Translations under genes and position numbers: made by a program
Part shown: positions 1-12,492 of the stretch, piece after piece
Numbering within the stretch: position 1 is the first letter of the stretch
Layout: every line of letters begins with the position of its first letter
The notes under the pieces: model-generated
Told to the model about the DNA's origin: nothing
Databases searched by the model: none
Seen by the model: only the letters and a program-made list of their open reading frames with translations
Assembly: GCA_964036045.1 (NCBI GenBank)
Contig: OZ038378.1
Coordinates: forward strand, 5,766,001-5,830,000
Length of the DNA stretch: 64,000 bases
Source: Eutreptiella sp. 'Long Island Sound 2002'
Taxonomy: Eukaryota > Protista > Euglenida
Direction of reading: 5' to 3'

Positions 1-1313
1 GGGGGGGGGGGGGTCCATCTCCCAGCTTGTTTGCTTTTTGGTGCAAGCACCCACACCCACACTCGGGATAACACCTCAGCGCTACAGTGGACCGATACAG
101 CAATACAGGGCTGTGGGTACACGTGCGGTGTTTCTTTGGTGATTGATTGTCTGGGGGGTAGTGCCATAAATTAGAGTGAGTATGCCCATTGGTACTTCCA
201 GGTGTATAGACTTGTTAGCCTTTTGAGGAGAAAATCCTTCAATCATAAGTGGGTTGGTTGTCCACCCATTGGGTTGGGGGTGGCAGGGGGCAGGTACAAA
301 AAAATGCAATGCTTGTTCCAATCCGCTAGGGAAATAGGTGAGAGGCTGTACATCTGCTCTCAACTGCTGCTTTTGCCCCCCCCCCCCCCTGGGGGGGGGG
401 GGGGGACCTACAAGGCCCAGCAATCCTCAACACGGCCGGCAATAAGGCACCCAACAATGTTCCCGAGGAAATATGGGAAAATAGGGGAATTGGGGAGAAA
501 TGAGGGAAAGAAGGAAATGGAGGAAAATGGAAAAAATGAGGAACTTGGGGAAAGATATCAGCAAAATTCTTCCCCAATTTCCCTCCGGCCATCGCCCAGT
601 ATACCCACCCCCTGTGACCCACGAGACTGAAAACTACCACCTTCCACCTTCTGAGGGGTGGTTTATCACCATTTTCCCATTCAGTTTCCTGAAAAAAAAA
701 AAAAGAGACATACTCACCCATTGCCCCCCATTTTTCTCCACTTTCCCCCACTTTTCCCATTTTTCCTGCGGCCATCGCCCAGTACACCCATCCTCTATGA
801 CCCATCAGCACTGAAAGGCACCGTTCTCCACCCTTTTTGGAGTGGTTCATCACCATTGTCCAACTCAGTTTGCCAACAATGACACATTTGCACACCCACT
901 TTCACCTATTTTCCAATATACTTCCCATGTTTCGGAATAGTGTCCCGGCAAGGTCCCGGTAGTGGGGCAGGCCTTGCAACAGGGCCTGGATTGTCAAAGG
1001 ACTCTCCCGCATCATTGATACGCCCCACACTCCACCAGTTTCTCCCAGATAGTGCTGCTCACTGGACCTTCTGAGGTTTGGGGACTGCTGGCTCAAGCTG
1101 CTAGTGGTGGCAGAAGCTACCCCAATGCTGCTCGGCCCCACACCCCCTTGCAGAGATCCCCTGGGCCTTCCCTGTTGGCCCCCATGCTTACTATCATAAC
1201 CAGTGACCCCAACCCACCCACCCACCGGACTGGGGTGCTGAGTCATTGGGTGCCTTGTGGGTCTTGCACTGCCCACTTGCATGCATCCAAGGATCTGCGT
1301 GCTGCCTCCATAC

Positions 1314-1646
1314 CGTGTCCTTTGCATCCTCAACAATCTTGTCATATGGCCGGATTTCATATGGGACATTTGCATACGAAAAGCGGTCCTTCTCAAGATC
1401 TTCCTCCAAGCGCCCAGGATTGAAACACTGACACCACTCCAGCAGCTTGAGCAAATAAATGATCTGATGGTCACCCCAGTACCCGATATTGGCATGGGGA
1501 TGGTCAGGCTCTGGGCACTCCCATGCAAATCCTTCAGCCTTGTTAACAACATATGGATTGTAGCCGTCGATGGTGCTTGCATTCAAGAACTTGGCAATGA
1601 TGCTTGTGAAGTAGTAGGGGAAGCTGATAGTCAATGCCTCCCAGTT
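1314..1646 (-). CDS. GH149 beta-1,3-glucan phosphorylase, exon 5 (later exons not found; probably left of the window)
   Basis: AG/GT bounded, 333 nt. NWEAL...KFLNASTIDGYNPY...IGYWGDHQIIYLLKLLE...YANVPY continues the GH149 alignment. The expected C-terminal half was not recognised in 1-1313. Confidence 0.9.
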
Positions 1647-2067
1647 CTGAACAAGAAATGGTGCAGTGGGAGAGAGGGAGGGCAGTCGAGGACTCTCGAG
1701 GGGTTGAGGGGTCAACCCCCCTCCTTCCCACGTGTGACTCGCAGCACACCCAACAGCCTAAAGACTCAAGGAAAAATCACAAATGGCGACGAAGGGCTGT
1801 GCCCAAACTTCTCTGGCAAAAATGGCGAGGTGGTGCTTATTTCATGGGCGTCATTTTGGACCCACGAACGCACACACTCAAATCAATAAACACTTGCAGG
1901 CACTTTGCAGGTGTTCATCCTCTAACAACGAGCCTGCGTGCCATTCCACATTTTGCCAGAGGGGGCTTGAAAAGGGTCTAAGCACTCGACCACTCACCAG
2001 AAACCATTCCTTAATACAAGGGCCTGCTGTGTTGCCAGTGCCCAAAACAATGCTGTGTAGGGAAAAC

Positions 2068-2352
2068 CTGGAAGATGTCACGCCAATTGCCTTGGAAATT
2101 GAGGATCTTTTCGCCGTCTTGGTCCTTCAGGATGATGTTGAACTTGTTCCATGGGCGGGAAGGGTCCCCATGGCGTCGACTCCACGTCACAGGCACGTAC
2201 TCCGTGCAAACTCGTGCCAAATTCTTGTCGCCCGTGGCCTCAGCCTTCTCAATCAGCTCCAGGTAATGGATGACTTCCGGGAAATCGTTCAGCCACTTGG
2301 CGTACTGTTCAGCCACATTTTTGTTGCGCTTTGCGACAAATGCCAGCAGGTC
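2068..2352 (-). CDS. GH149 beta-1,3-glucan phosphorylase, exon 4
   Basis: AG/GT bounded, 285 nt, phase 0/0. Contains the signature EYVPVTWSRRHGDPSRPWNKF...GNWRDIFQ. Confidence 0.92.
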
Positions 2353-2898
2353 CTACACAACGGCATTAGTAGTAGGCAATTTTCAGGATAATGGGGCAGG
2401 GAAAACCCACCCACCCGGGATGTTGGGGACCAACCCAATATTGCTCCCATCAAAATCCCATGAGTGAAAGATTGACAGCCCCCATGCAGGAGTCTGATTG
2501 AATACACGTCACAGCCCGGAGAAAGCACATCTTGTTTTCCATATGCAAACTTGGGTTAATGTTTAATCATAGGTCGTCACAAAACACCCGTGCCTGTAAA
2601 CTGGCCCCCAACACCACACAGCTGGTGGGGATTCTACATGAAAAATGTAACTTGTGTACAAAAAAATCGTCTAGTCGTGTAATTTTTTTTGCGGTAAATG
2701 CGTGTAATTTTTTTTACGCGGCAAATCGTGTAAATTATAAAAAAAATTGAAAAATTGAAAGAAATGCAACCTTTGCAATACATGCGCAATATGTACTGCT
2801 GCCGGTTCCATACGGCACCCCATAGCAACCTTACCGATGGGACGCCGAGGCCACAAAGCACACAGTACTCTGCGTGGCCACCAATTAGTTGGGACTCG

Positions 2899-3315
2899 GC
2901 CAATATAACATAGTTTCACATGGTGTCATTGGCACTAGACACAAAATCAGGCCCAAGAAAAGAGTCCCGATAGGTCCATGGCCAACATCCAGTGTGCCAG
3001 CACCGGGAACAAAATCAGGCTCAAGAAAAAGAGTCCAAAGAGTCCTGACAGGGCCATGGCCAACACTAGTGCCACCACTACAGGCCACAAAGGCACTGAT
3101 GTGGGGCCAATATAACATAGTGTCACAGGGTGTCATGGGCACGAGACACAAAATCAGGCTCAAGAAAAGAGTCCTGACAGGGCCATGGCCAACATCCAGT
3201 GTGCTAGCACTGGAAACAAAATCAGGCTCAAGAAAAAGAGTCCTGACAGGGCCATGGCCAACGCTAGTGCCACCATTATAGGCCACTAAGGCACTGGTAT
3301 GGGGCCAATATAATA
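2899..3315. repeat. Higher-order tandem repeat (about 200-bp units built from about 60-bp subrepeats)
   Basis: ggccaatataa recurs at about 2899, 3105 and 3303. acaaaatcaggctcaagaaaagagtcc...ccatggccaac occurs 4 times. Confidence 0.85.
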
Positions 3316-4599
3316 GCAATCTTATACGCTCCACCATTAGTACACCAAACGGGCGGAGGAAAATACAGCCCACAAAACATGCACCCGCTACAAGTAGTTG
3401 CAGAATGCATGCTTGTAGATCAAGTCCGTTTTTGTGTCAACGGACTTGGGCTTTAAACTGACAAGCAGCGCGCAACTCCGCTACTAGCTGCTTGTTTTGC
3501 TTCCAAGCAAAACCCAAACTGAAACTCAAGGCTACTCAAGGGTGCAGCTGTCCTGGTTCCTGGGGGGCCTTTACTTGGCGCACAATAGACATGCCCGAGC
3601 GGGCCAACGGGAACCGGTCCCAAGCAATACAAAGAACACTTCACTGCAGCAGGGGGATGGTTGTCTGGTATTGTCCCGACCTGTGACTGTCCCGACCTGT
3701 GACCTGGTCTGCCCCCCCCCCCCCTCTAGCAAAACCTAGGTTATTGCTAACCTAGGGACAGGTCATTGATGAAAAGCTGGTCACGCTCTAGCTGGCCAGA
3801 TGCATCTGCTGGGTAGCCATCTGGGCACCTTGCGCCACTCTCCACGGATGAGGACCTTGGGACGGTTGTCCTCCTCTGTGGGAGTGGCCATGGAAGGTTG
3901 CAGCCTGGCCTCCGAGCTTTCCATGGCGGAGGCCTCCTTGCCTTCGAGTGGGGTGGGGGTGGCCTCAACACTCTCCTCGATGGCCGAAAGTGCACCTTCA
4001 ACTTGGGTGCTGGGGGGGGACTCACGCCCTCCACATCATCACCGGGCGCTTCAATGGCCCGCACAGCACGATCAGCATTAACAATGCTAAGCACATAGTA
4101 AGCCACAAAACCGGAACCCATTGGGATGAGGGGCACATCGGAAAAAAATACACCACAGCTTTGCGATGTTCAAGCTTTGAAAACCACAAGACTAATCGTC
4201 TGTTTGGAATCCCAAGGCGCGGTGCTTGGTGGTTGGCGAAAGCTTCCTCATGGCCATCAAATGCGTGGATTGCGAGTCCCTAGCCCCAACTCAAGGGGCC
4301 ACGCAACAAAGCGTGGATTGCGAGTCCCTCACCTAACCTTAACAAAAAAAATTCTGGTTCCTTAAGGACAGCCCTGCAAAGGGGGGACAAAATCAGAAGT
4401 GGCTACCTCACCCCTGCCTTCTCGGGGGCTAGAAGAGAGCGGAAGTGCTACGTCACCCCTGCATTCTCGGGGGTCCCCAACGCCAAGCGCGGGGGGAAAA
4501 CCAGAAGTGGCCCACAGGTGGGCACATTGCCTGCAGGCATGCATTTTCAGTAAAATTATATTGCCTTCGGCAAGGCACCTCGAAGAGGGGAGAGGAACG

Positions 4600-5230
4600 A
4601 CCATTTTTGAGCTGCTGAGGCTCTCACACTACATGAGCAGGTTGTGCCCTAGCCCCTAGGGGAGCCCCCCCCAGCCCCCCCCCGACACCCCAATAGGGTG
4701 AAAAAACACATAAAGAGGGGCTAAAACATGCTTTACATAGAATATTTGATCATTTTGGATTGTCAGGGTATCAAAAAAATCAGTTTCGGAAATTTCCAAT
4801 TTTTGGAGCTGCCGAGGTTGGAAAACTGCATCAGCAGGTTGTGCCCCGGGCCCCTTGGGAGCCCCCCCCCCCCCCCCCCCCCACCCAAATAGGGTGAAAA
4901 ACACATAAAGAGGGGCTAAAACATGCTTTACATAGGATATTTGATCATTTTGAATGGTAAGAATATAAAAAAGTCAGTTTTTGGAAATTTCCATTATTGA
5001 GCTGCCGAAGCTAGAAAGCTGTATAAGCAGGTTGTGCATAAGCAGGTTGTGCCCCGGCCCCCTTGGGAGCCCCCCCCCCCCCCCCCCACACCCAAATAGG
5101 GTGAGAAACACACAAAGAGGGGCTAAAACATGCTTTACATAGCATATTTCATCATTGTGAGTAATCACATTATCAGAAAATAGTTTTGCCAAATTTTTCA
5201 TTTTTGACCTGTAGAGGCAGGAAAACTGCG
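4600..5230. repeat. Tandem array of about 200-240-bp units containing poly-C tracts
   Basis: Three copies of gcaggttgtgccc...ggagcccccc...aatagggtga(a/g)aaacac...gaggggctaaaacatgctttacatag. Confidence 0.8.
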
Positions 5231-5792
5231 AGAGCAGTTTGTGCACACACCAAATGCCATTGAACCACCTGCAAACAGCAATTTTGAAGCTTTTAGGGGG
5301 CCCATGGCTCGGGCTAGATGGGCCCAGTGGCCACTACGTGAGTCCCCATGGGCGCTTAAGTACCCATATTGTCACCAAATGATCACCTAAACCCAACCTA
5401 GGGGCAACAGAAGGGTTTCGGAAAAAGTTGAAATGTGAAAATTTTTCAGGGTGCCACCAAATAGCCTACACAACAACAATTTTGGGGCTTTCGGAGGGCC
5501 CATGGCACGGGCTACATAGGCCTAGCGGCCACTACGTGGCCACAGGTGGGCACATCGCCTACATGCATGCATTTTCAGTAAAATTGGTAATTGCTTCTTT
5601 GCGGTAAGGTCGTGTAATTTTTTTATTTTTGCGGTAAATGCGTGTAGGAAAAAATCGTCACATTGTGTAATTTTGTTTTTGCGGTAATGCGGTAATGCAC
5701 ATGACAGGCTTACACGACTTACCGCAAAAAAAAAAATCACACCACTAGATGATTTTTTTGTTCCGAGCATTTACCGCAAAAAAAAATTACAC

Positions 5793-6409
5793 AAATTCTA
5801 TTGCCTTCGGCAGTGCACCTCGAAGAGAGGTTGACAGTCAGCCAATCAGTCCCTTAGCCAGGCCAGCAGTCAGTCAGACAGAAACACACAGTTTGGGTTT
5901 TTTGTCAGTGGCAGACACGGGCACAAGCAGCGGGGAGACCCTTCAACTCGGAGCAAGCAGTGGCCGAATGGCAATGCAGCTGCCTGCAGCCATTCTGGTT
6001 TGCGGTTGGAACCCTGGTCGGGTGAATATGGCGCCGCAGCCGCCAGCAGTCGACCGACCGGGATTCGAACCACCGATCGAAAACTTTGCGTCAGCTGCGT
6101 TACCATTCGACCGGCGACTGTGTGACAGCAATCCGCTTCCCTACTGCTTGGAGCCTTCTGAAAACTTTTGACCCCCCCCACCCACCACCCCCCCTCAAAA
6201 AAGTGATATCCAGTTTTAAGGGATAGAGGCCTCAGAATCAAAAAATCCATTGGGGGATGGTCTTATTGGGAAAAATAATGTTTTTACAAGGGGTTGGACA
6301 TCCAATATCATGCCCTGGGGTATGCTACGCGAATGACCCCCAAAAAGGGGGGGGTATACGACGCCCGCGCCTGCGCTTGATCTAACAACCTCTCTTCGAG
6401 GTGATTGCA
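5793..6409. mobile_element. TIR-bounded non-autonomous element with two inverted tRNA-like A/B-box cassettes (copy 1)
   Basis: 18-bp perfect inverted repeat: cacctcgaagagaggttg (5816-5833) and caacctctcttcgaggtg (6386-6403). Plus-strand A-box TGGCCGAATGG 5961-5971 and B-like box GGTTGGAACCC 6004-6014. Minus-strand A-like box 6103-6113 and B-box GGTTCGAATCC 6061-6071. A homologous copy lies at 31166-31692. Confidence 0.7.
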
Positions 6410-7031
6410 ATTTACCGCAAAAAAAAAAATTACACAAATTACAACATACGCGGATTCTATCCACCCTGCAGGCACCCTTCTACACTATCTGTACCAACAT
6501 CTGAACTGGGACTGCCTCAAGAACACATTTGAACACACCTAGAAAGTTGCACATTCAAGAAAGAGAACAAGAGCGATAGAGGGAGAGATAGAGATTTGCC
6601 GGGGACAGAGGTCTCTCAGGCGCCTCAAATGGCTTCCCACACTGTCAGTGTGTTGCTGCAGGTGGAAGGCATAATTCCGACCATCTGAAAACAAAGAAAG
6701 CCATCTGCAGATCTCAGCTGTGTGAATGCTGCATTTCCGCTGGTGCTTGTAATGTTAACCTGATTGTAGTCTGATTCTGTTGTAAGTAACAGTGCTTTCA
6801 GGTTGCTCAGTGGTGTCTGACAGAAGGCGTTGTTGAAGCAATGAAAGCCGAAGCGTGGTTTTGTTTACATTGGTTTTGTTTGCTAAGGACAGCCCTGGCT
6901 GGAGGGTGGCCAACAGCCATGGCACCACCTCCTTTGGTAGCCGGCGACTGCCCCAACAACAGCCAAAATCCTACCAACCTGAGGTGACTGAGGCTAGGAT
7001 GAGCCAATGTAGAAGCGCCGGGGTGGGCGAC

Positions 7032-7532
7032 CTTTTTGGAAACTTCATAATTGTTGTCATAGATCCCACCACGCATGCAATTGAACATGACGTTGGCGTA
7101 GTGGTGGGTGCTGGTAGCTTCATCCTGCAAGCATTGGAATCCGTCTGCAGCTCCCATGATGCGCTTCATGTTGGCGGTGCCCTTCGCAATGTCTGCATCC
7201 ACGAGGGCTGTGATCCCTGAGCCCTCGGAGGCAAGGGTCTGCTGCAGTGCACTAATGCCTCCATGGGTCTGCTCCACCTCGGCCACCATCATCCAGTTCT
7301 GTGTTGCCTGCCCCGCCATCACGAATTCGGAGTGCACCAAGAAAGACGCACGCTGACCACGCACCAATGGCTCCTCCTTCACAGCCCCGCCCGACAAGAA
7401 GGATTCAAGCTGATTGGATGACACGCAGACCTTGGGTGTGGGCAGCCCACTGTGCCACACGGTTGTGGCCTTCAGGGACTCCAGCGCCTCAGCTCGGTCG
7501 GAAAGCTTGGCGTACAGGCAGTACACACCGAC
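7032..7532 (-). CDS. GH149 beta-1,3-glucan phosphorylase, exon 3
   Basis: AG/GT bounded, 501 nt, phase 0/0. VGVYCLYAKLSDRAEALESLKA...HYANVMFNCMRGGIYDNNY matches the GH149 F-N-x-MRGG motif. Confidence 0.9.
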
Positions 7533-7804
7533 CTGCAGTGTGGCGAAGGAGGTAAAAAGTGCTGTGCAGTGGGGGGATGAAAGGAGTGGGCAGTACAAGG
7601 ACAAATCCACCATTCAACTTCCATGCGGGGTACTTCTCCACAAAAATGGTACCCAAGGGGGTGCACACATTGATCTGTTGACACCCTCTCTCCCTGTACT
7701 GTGGCCCCTGCTTAACGTGTAATGCGTGGTCCATCCATTCCACTGGTTAATAGCCTACAGGAATCCTCAATGGCCTACAGGAATCCTCAAGTGTAGTATA
7801 ACAC

Positions 7805-8242
7805 AGTATAGTATGTTATTAGTATTAGTATAGTATAGTATAGTATAGCATAGTATAGTATAGTATAGTATAGTATAGTATAGTATAGTATAGTATAGTA
7901 TAGTATAGTATAGTATAGTATAGTATAGTATAGTATAGTATAGTATAGTATAGTATAGTATAGTATAGTATGGTATAGTATAGTATGGTATAGTGTAGTG
8001 TAGTGTAGTGTAGTGTAGTGTAGTGTAGTGTAGTGTAGTGTAGTGCAGTGTAGTGTTAGTGTTAGTGTAGTGTAGTGTAGTGTAGTGTAGTGTAGTGTAG
8101 TGTAGTGTAGTGTAGTGTAGTGTAGTGTAGTGTAGTGTAGTGTAGTGTAGTGTAGTGTAGTGTAGTGTAGTGTAGTGTAGTGTAGTGTAGTGTAGTGTAG
8201 TGTAGTGTAGTGTAGTGTAGTGTAGTGTAGTGTAGTGTAGTG
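7805..8242. repeat. Compound pentanucleotide microsatellite (TAGTA)n grading into (TAGTG)n
   Basis: Directly visible, in GH149 intron 2. The unit switches near 7990. Confidence 0.98.
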
Positions 8243-9479
8243 AGAGTAGGCCTTTGGTACAGGCCAGGGGTGTGTCCCTGTGTTACCCCTCGGGTAGTGT
8301 GATATGCACTTTAGGCCAGAACCTAAACTCACCCCATGACCGCGTCGAGAAACCTCCCTCTTAGGGAGTTGGTGCCCATCGCCGGAAATACCAATGGTAC
8401 CCTATCTGTTTGGTTAGGGGCAGTACATGGGTTAAGCTACTTGGGCCGCACACCCAACTGTTCGGAGGTGTATCACCCCACCACCCCCTTTCATCCCCTT
8501 GGGGAACCCCCCCCCCACACACTCCAAGTCCGGTTAGTTTGCCCGGGAGTTTGTGCGCAGGCCCAATTGAAACCCCCAGACCCCTTGCAAACTCCCGGGG
8601 TAGCGCGCAACGGTCTCCCGGCTGGGGGGGGGGGGGGACGGTGTGGGGGAGATTGCAAGGGTATTTCAAGGCAAACTGTGGTACCCTCCACTGATGCAAG
8701 CAAAGAGAACACGTGTGAAGCGACTTTTGCGTTGATGCCAATGTGCTTCATCCAACACAAATTTTATTGAGGATCCAAACTCTCATGATCCACCGGAGTG
8801 CCCCCACCAGGGCGTATGTACCGAATGTGGCAAAATTGTGGCCCATTTGGCGAAGGCCCCACAACAGTGGCCAACACATGGGCACCAAGTGTGCGTGAGT
8901 GGTACCGTACATGGTCGGCGGGAGAAAACATGTTGGGTTTGAAGTAGCAACACAACACACCCATACAACGCCTTTGGAGAGAGAATATCACAGAACACAC
9001 ACAGGTGCTTGATTTGAAGTAATGGGAAAGCAATGCAAGGCCATGCGTAAAGCAGATGGGCACCACAAACCAGCACAATACATGTTAACTAGAAAAACAT
9101 GGAAGTGACGGTCTCCCGGGGGGGGGGGATTGCAAGGGGTGGGAGTTTGCAAGGGGGGGGTATGAGAGAGCAGGCCAGGCCAGTGTGCTCTCAAGGGGGC
9201 GTTTTCGCACAGCGCCAATTCCTAAGTTGTTTATCCTGGGAACACCCCTGAAGACCACCCACCTACAGAAGCATACATGATCAATTCAAAACAGCATGGG
9301 TGCGGAATTCAGGACCCTGGGACCCGTGGACCCGTGGCAAGCATCAGACAAAAAAAAATGCGAAAAAAAAATCCCTGGTGTAAAAGGGGCTGTAGGGGGC
9401 AGAACTCAGGACCCTGGGACCCGTGGCTACTGGTGGTGGGAAACAGCCAACTTTTCGAATAGCGCACGGTGTGCCACCC

Positions 9480-9910
9480 AAGAGTGTTGTCAAGGACAGG
9501 TTGACTTGAGTCATCAAAATGTGTCGCATCAAGAGAAGTTTTTGATGGTACAAGCCAAGAACGTAGACTACTGATGTCCCTGCAGTTTGCACTATCCACA
9601 AAGACGAAGCGTAGTGGAAGAATTGTGTCAGTACATTGGCGAAGAGCTGCTGTACACACCGAAGCAGGGAGGAAAATTGCATCCTATGAGAGTGGTAACC
9701 TGGCCAAGTGGTTACATCACCCATGCATACCAAATTCCAAGAGGAGCTAGGGGGAATTGCAGTCTTGGGCGGTTCAATCCAACTGTGATAGTTTGCAGCA
9801 AAAAACGCCAAGAAATTGGTTACAGGTCCGGGAAAATTGCAATTGCACATGGCCATGGCTGTCATGAGGGGGCCATCAGTGGATTGGTGCACAGAATCGT
9901 TTTAGGCCTC
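9480..9910 (+). pseudogene. Possible decayed hAT transposase C-terminal (dimerisation) fragment
   Basis: Two frames give NLAKWLHHPCIPNSKRS*GELQS and KLQLHMAMAVMRGPSV, loosely resembling the hAT dimerisation domain. Stops and frameshifts are present. Confidence 0.3.
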
Positions 9911-10208
9911 TGACAAAGAGGTTGGGAATGGGCAATTTGTGTTGGTAAGATATAGATGGTGTGTCTTATTGGCGCGCTCTGTTGTTGCTTTAATTCCATG
10001 GCGACATTGACTGCCTCATTACACCGAGTTGTACAATTGACAGAAAAAAATGGTCAATGGTCCAATGGGGAGAGCGTTTAGCACAGTGGACAAACGCCAT
10101 GCATATTATTGCTGGCTTTGTTTCAACCCAACCACCCACCTCCCCAAGTTTATGAGAGGGTGTGTGCATGCAACTGTCTTCTTGGAAATTTTGGAAACTT
10201 TTTTTGAA

Positions 10209-10345
10209 GGCTTGGGGTCAGGCTAATTGGCAGTGACAAAAGAGATTTTGAGCTACCATATATGATGCTCAAAAAATGCAACCATTGCCTGCACAGGTGA
10301 GAAACGATCAAGGAGCAGGCAACAGCAAGCGAACAGGAAAATAAG
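10209..10345 (+). repeat. Dispersed repeat, shared with 24328-24460
   Basis: gcttggggtcaggctaattggcag...ttttga(g/c)ctacca...atgatgctcaaaaaa is present at both loci. Confidence 0.8.
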
Positions 10346-11200
10346 CAGTCAAAATTGCCTGCTTTCCATGCTAACCCCACGGGGGGGGGGGGGACCGGTC
10401 CTGATGCCACACCCCCCCCCAGCTATCTGTCAAAACTTGGGGGGGGGGGGTCGGCTGGATGGTCTAGGGGGGGGGGGGGTCGCCTGGAGGGTCTGGGGGG
10501 GGGGTTCGGCCGTGGGGGGGGGGGGGGTTCCCAAGGTGGGGGGGCCTACGCGCGACCCACTACTACCACATGCATACTTCTAGGGGGGATGTGTGTCTGG
10601 GGCGGGTTTGGGGAAGCTGCTGGTGGCTGTTGTGAAGCAGGGGCTGCAGATGGGCAGGTGTGTCCACAGTGGTGGTGGTGATCTTCACTTCGCAACAAAC
10701 GACATTTGTTTCGCGCCCCGTCCTGCTAATCTGGCGCTCAAAACATGGATGGTTTGATGAAAGGGAAGCATGCACAAAAAAAAAACTTCGGCGTCGTTGG
10801 CGCCATGGCCCCAACACCACTATCTTTCAAAACCTGGGGGGGGGGGGGGGGGGCTGGGGGGTGTCGCATACAAGGACCGCCCCCCCCCCGGTGGTTAACC
10901 CCCATTTCCCCCAATCTTCCATGCCAATGCGAAAAATTTTTCGCTGACCTCAGCTTTCCAAGGACTCGGAACCTTTTGACCACTGCTGTTCTTGATAGTT
11001 TGTGATGTCAGCCCACATGCAGGCTAAACAATGGGTGGTGGACTGACCAAAGGCAGCAGAATTCTCGAAATTTGGGATTTTTTTTTGAATTAGCTGTCAG
11101 GCAGATCACCTGCTGCCGCCCATGGACATAGGTGTGTGGGTCTGGAGGGAAGGGATGTTGGGGTGCAATTCCCTACCTAGCCACCGCCCAGGACATGGAC

Positions 11201-11471
11201 CTGCTGCTCCGCAAGCTCATTCCACTTGTAGGCATCCAGCAGATTGCTCATGCAGTCCTGCAAGAAGCCCACATAGTTGGCTGCCATGATGTTCTGCAGG
11301 CCGTCCAGCAGCGTCACCTTGACTTCCTGGCTGTGGTTGTTCACCAAGCTGCACTTGCGCACCACGCCATAGCTGTTTGCAGAGCACCATGTATACGAGA
11401 AAGTGAGGCCCAAATCTTCATTGACTTCCTCGAAAACCAGCATGTTGCCAATCTGGTTCTTGTACAGATTG
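11201..11471 (-). CDS. GH149 beta-1,3-glucan phosphorylase, exon 2
   Basis: AG/GT bounded, 271 nt. The phase joins exon 1 (CG+C=Arg) and continues NLYKNQIGNMLVFEEVNEDLGLTFSYTWCS...LLDGLQNIM...SNLLDAYKWNEL, collinear with GH149. Confidence 0.9.
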
Positions 11472-12492
11472 CTGAGGCACACAAACATGATGCCCCTGCA
11501 CCTCCTGTATCTCTTCCACTCCTGATTCCTCTTTGAGCACTGCATCCTTGCCCCTCTGTGCTCTGCAATCCCCTAATACATACACTCCCTTGTACACCTG
11601 CCATGCAGTCAGCCAAACAGACGTTTTGGTTGGACTCTGCGAAGACACAACATGGGCTGTTCCCTCATTCACATTTGCAGCACCAGATATTGAGATCACC
11701 GTTTCATGTTCCTTTTACTGCAATGAGTGAGCTCTGCGATTCTTTTCTTCCTCTGTGGTAGAGGTGATCTACATGATGGAGGGTGTGCGAATGCAGGAAG
11801 AGGGAATCTTGTCAGCATTTACAGCCCTGTTTTTGCTGTGGCCCAGATATGTGTGCCCAGATACGAGCACCCAAGGCAAGCACCTTGCCTGAATGGGTCC
11901 TACTTCATTTGAAAGACATAAACACCACAACATAGTGCAGAAGCTGCTACTACTGATCGTCAGGTCAGCAACACGACCCCCAGGTTCAGCAATAGAATTC
12001 TATCCCATAATTGTCTCCAGACTAACGTTTATTAAACTGTCAGTTACTGTCAGTTTACACCCTCAATTACTCGCTTGTCCAAAGGCAGTAATCATGCACT
12101 TGCTTCGATTGTGCAAGATTATGAGATTCAGCTGGTGTATCATCGTGTTTTGCTGGGTTTTGCTGGCAGGTCCCCACCGTTGCCTCATGCCATGTGGGAT
12201 ATGGTCAGGAGGATTTATGACAGGGGAAAAATCTGTGCCCCCCCCCCCCCCAAAAAACGGAAACGTTGGGACACAGGGCTGCACAGCTGTTTACCAAAAG
12301 CAGTTGGCCAATACTCAACCGCATTTGCTGAACCAACAGCAGTGGCAGTTGGAAGATACCTCACAAGGATTGGCTGGTACTCACCAGGGCGCTTTTAATG
12401 GCACAAAAAAAAAAGAGGGCCCTTTTTGAAAAAATGGTCCTAATCCCCATTTTAGCTTCGGGCTACAAGCGGACAAGCACTTAGGCACAAAC

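Noticed and set aside
3747-4136. Extra GH149 exon within intron 3
   Set aside because: Exons 3 and 4 already join in frame and collinearly with GH149, and this segment shows no GH149 similarity.
5798-5820. U6 snRNA-like 5' hairpin (ttgccttcggcag)
   Set aside because: Only the UUCG hairpin is similar. The ACAGAGA box and the rest of U6 are absent.
5958-6119. Functional tRNA genes (also 31355-31430)
   Set aside because: A/B boxes are present but the T, D and anticodon stems do not pair properly. They sit inside a repeated element, so they are treated as tRNA-derived cassettes.
7787-8332. 181-aa ORF with HYTTL/YYTIL repeats (likewise the YGMVW ORFs near 60150)
   Set aside because: These are translations of microsatellites that happen to lack stops.
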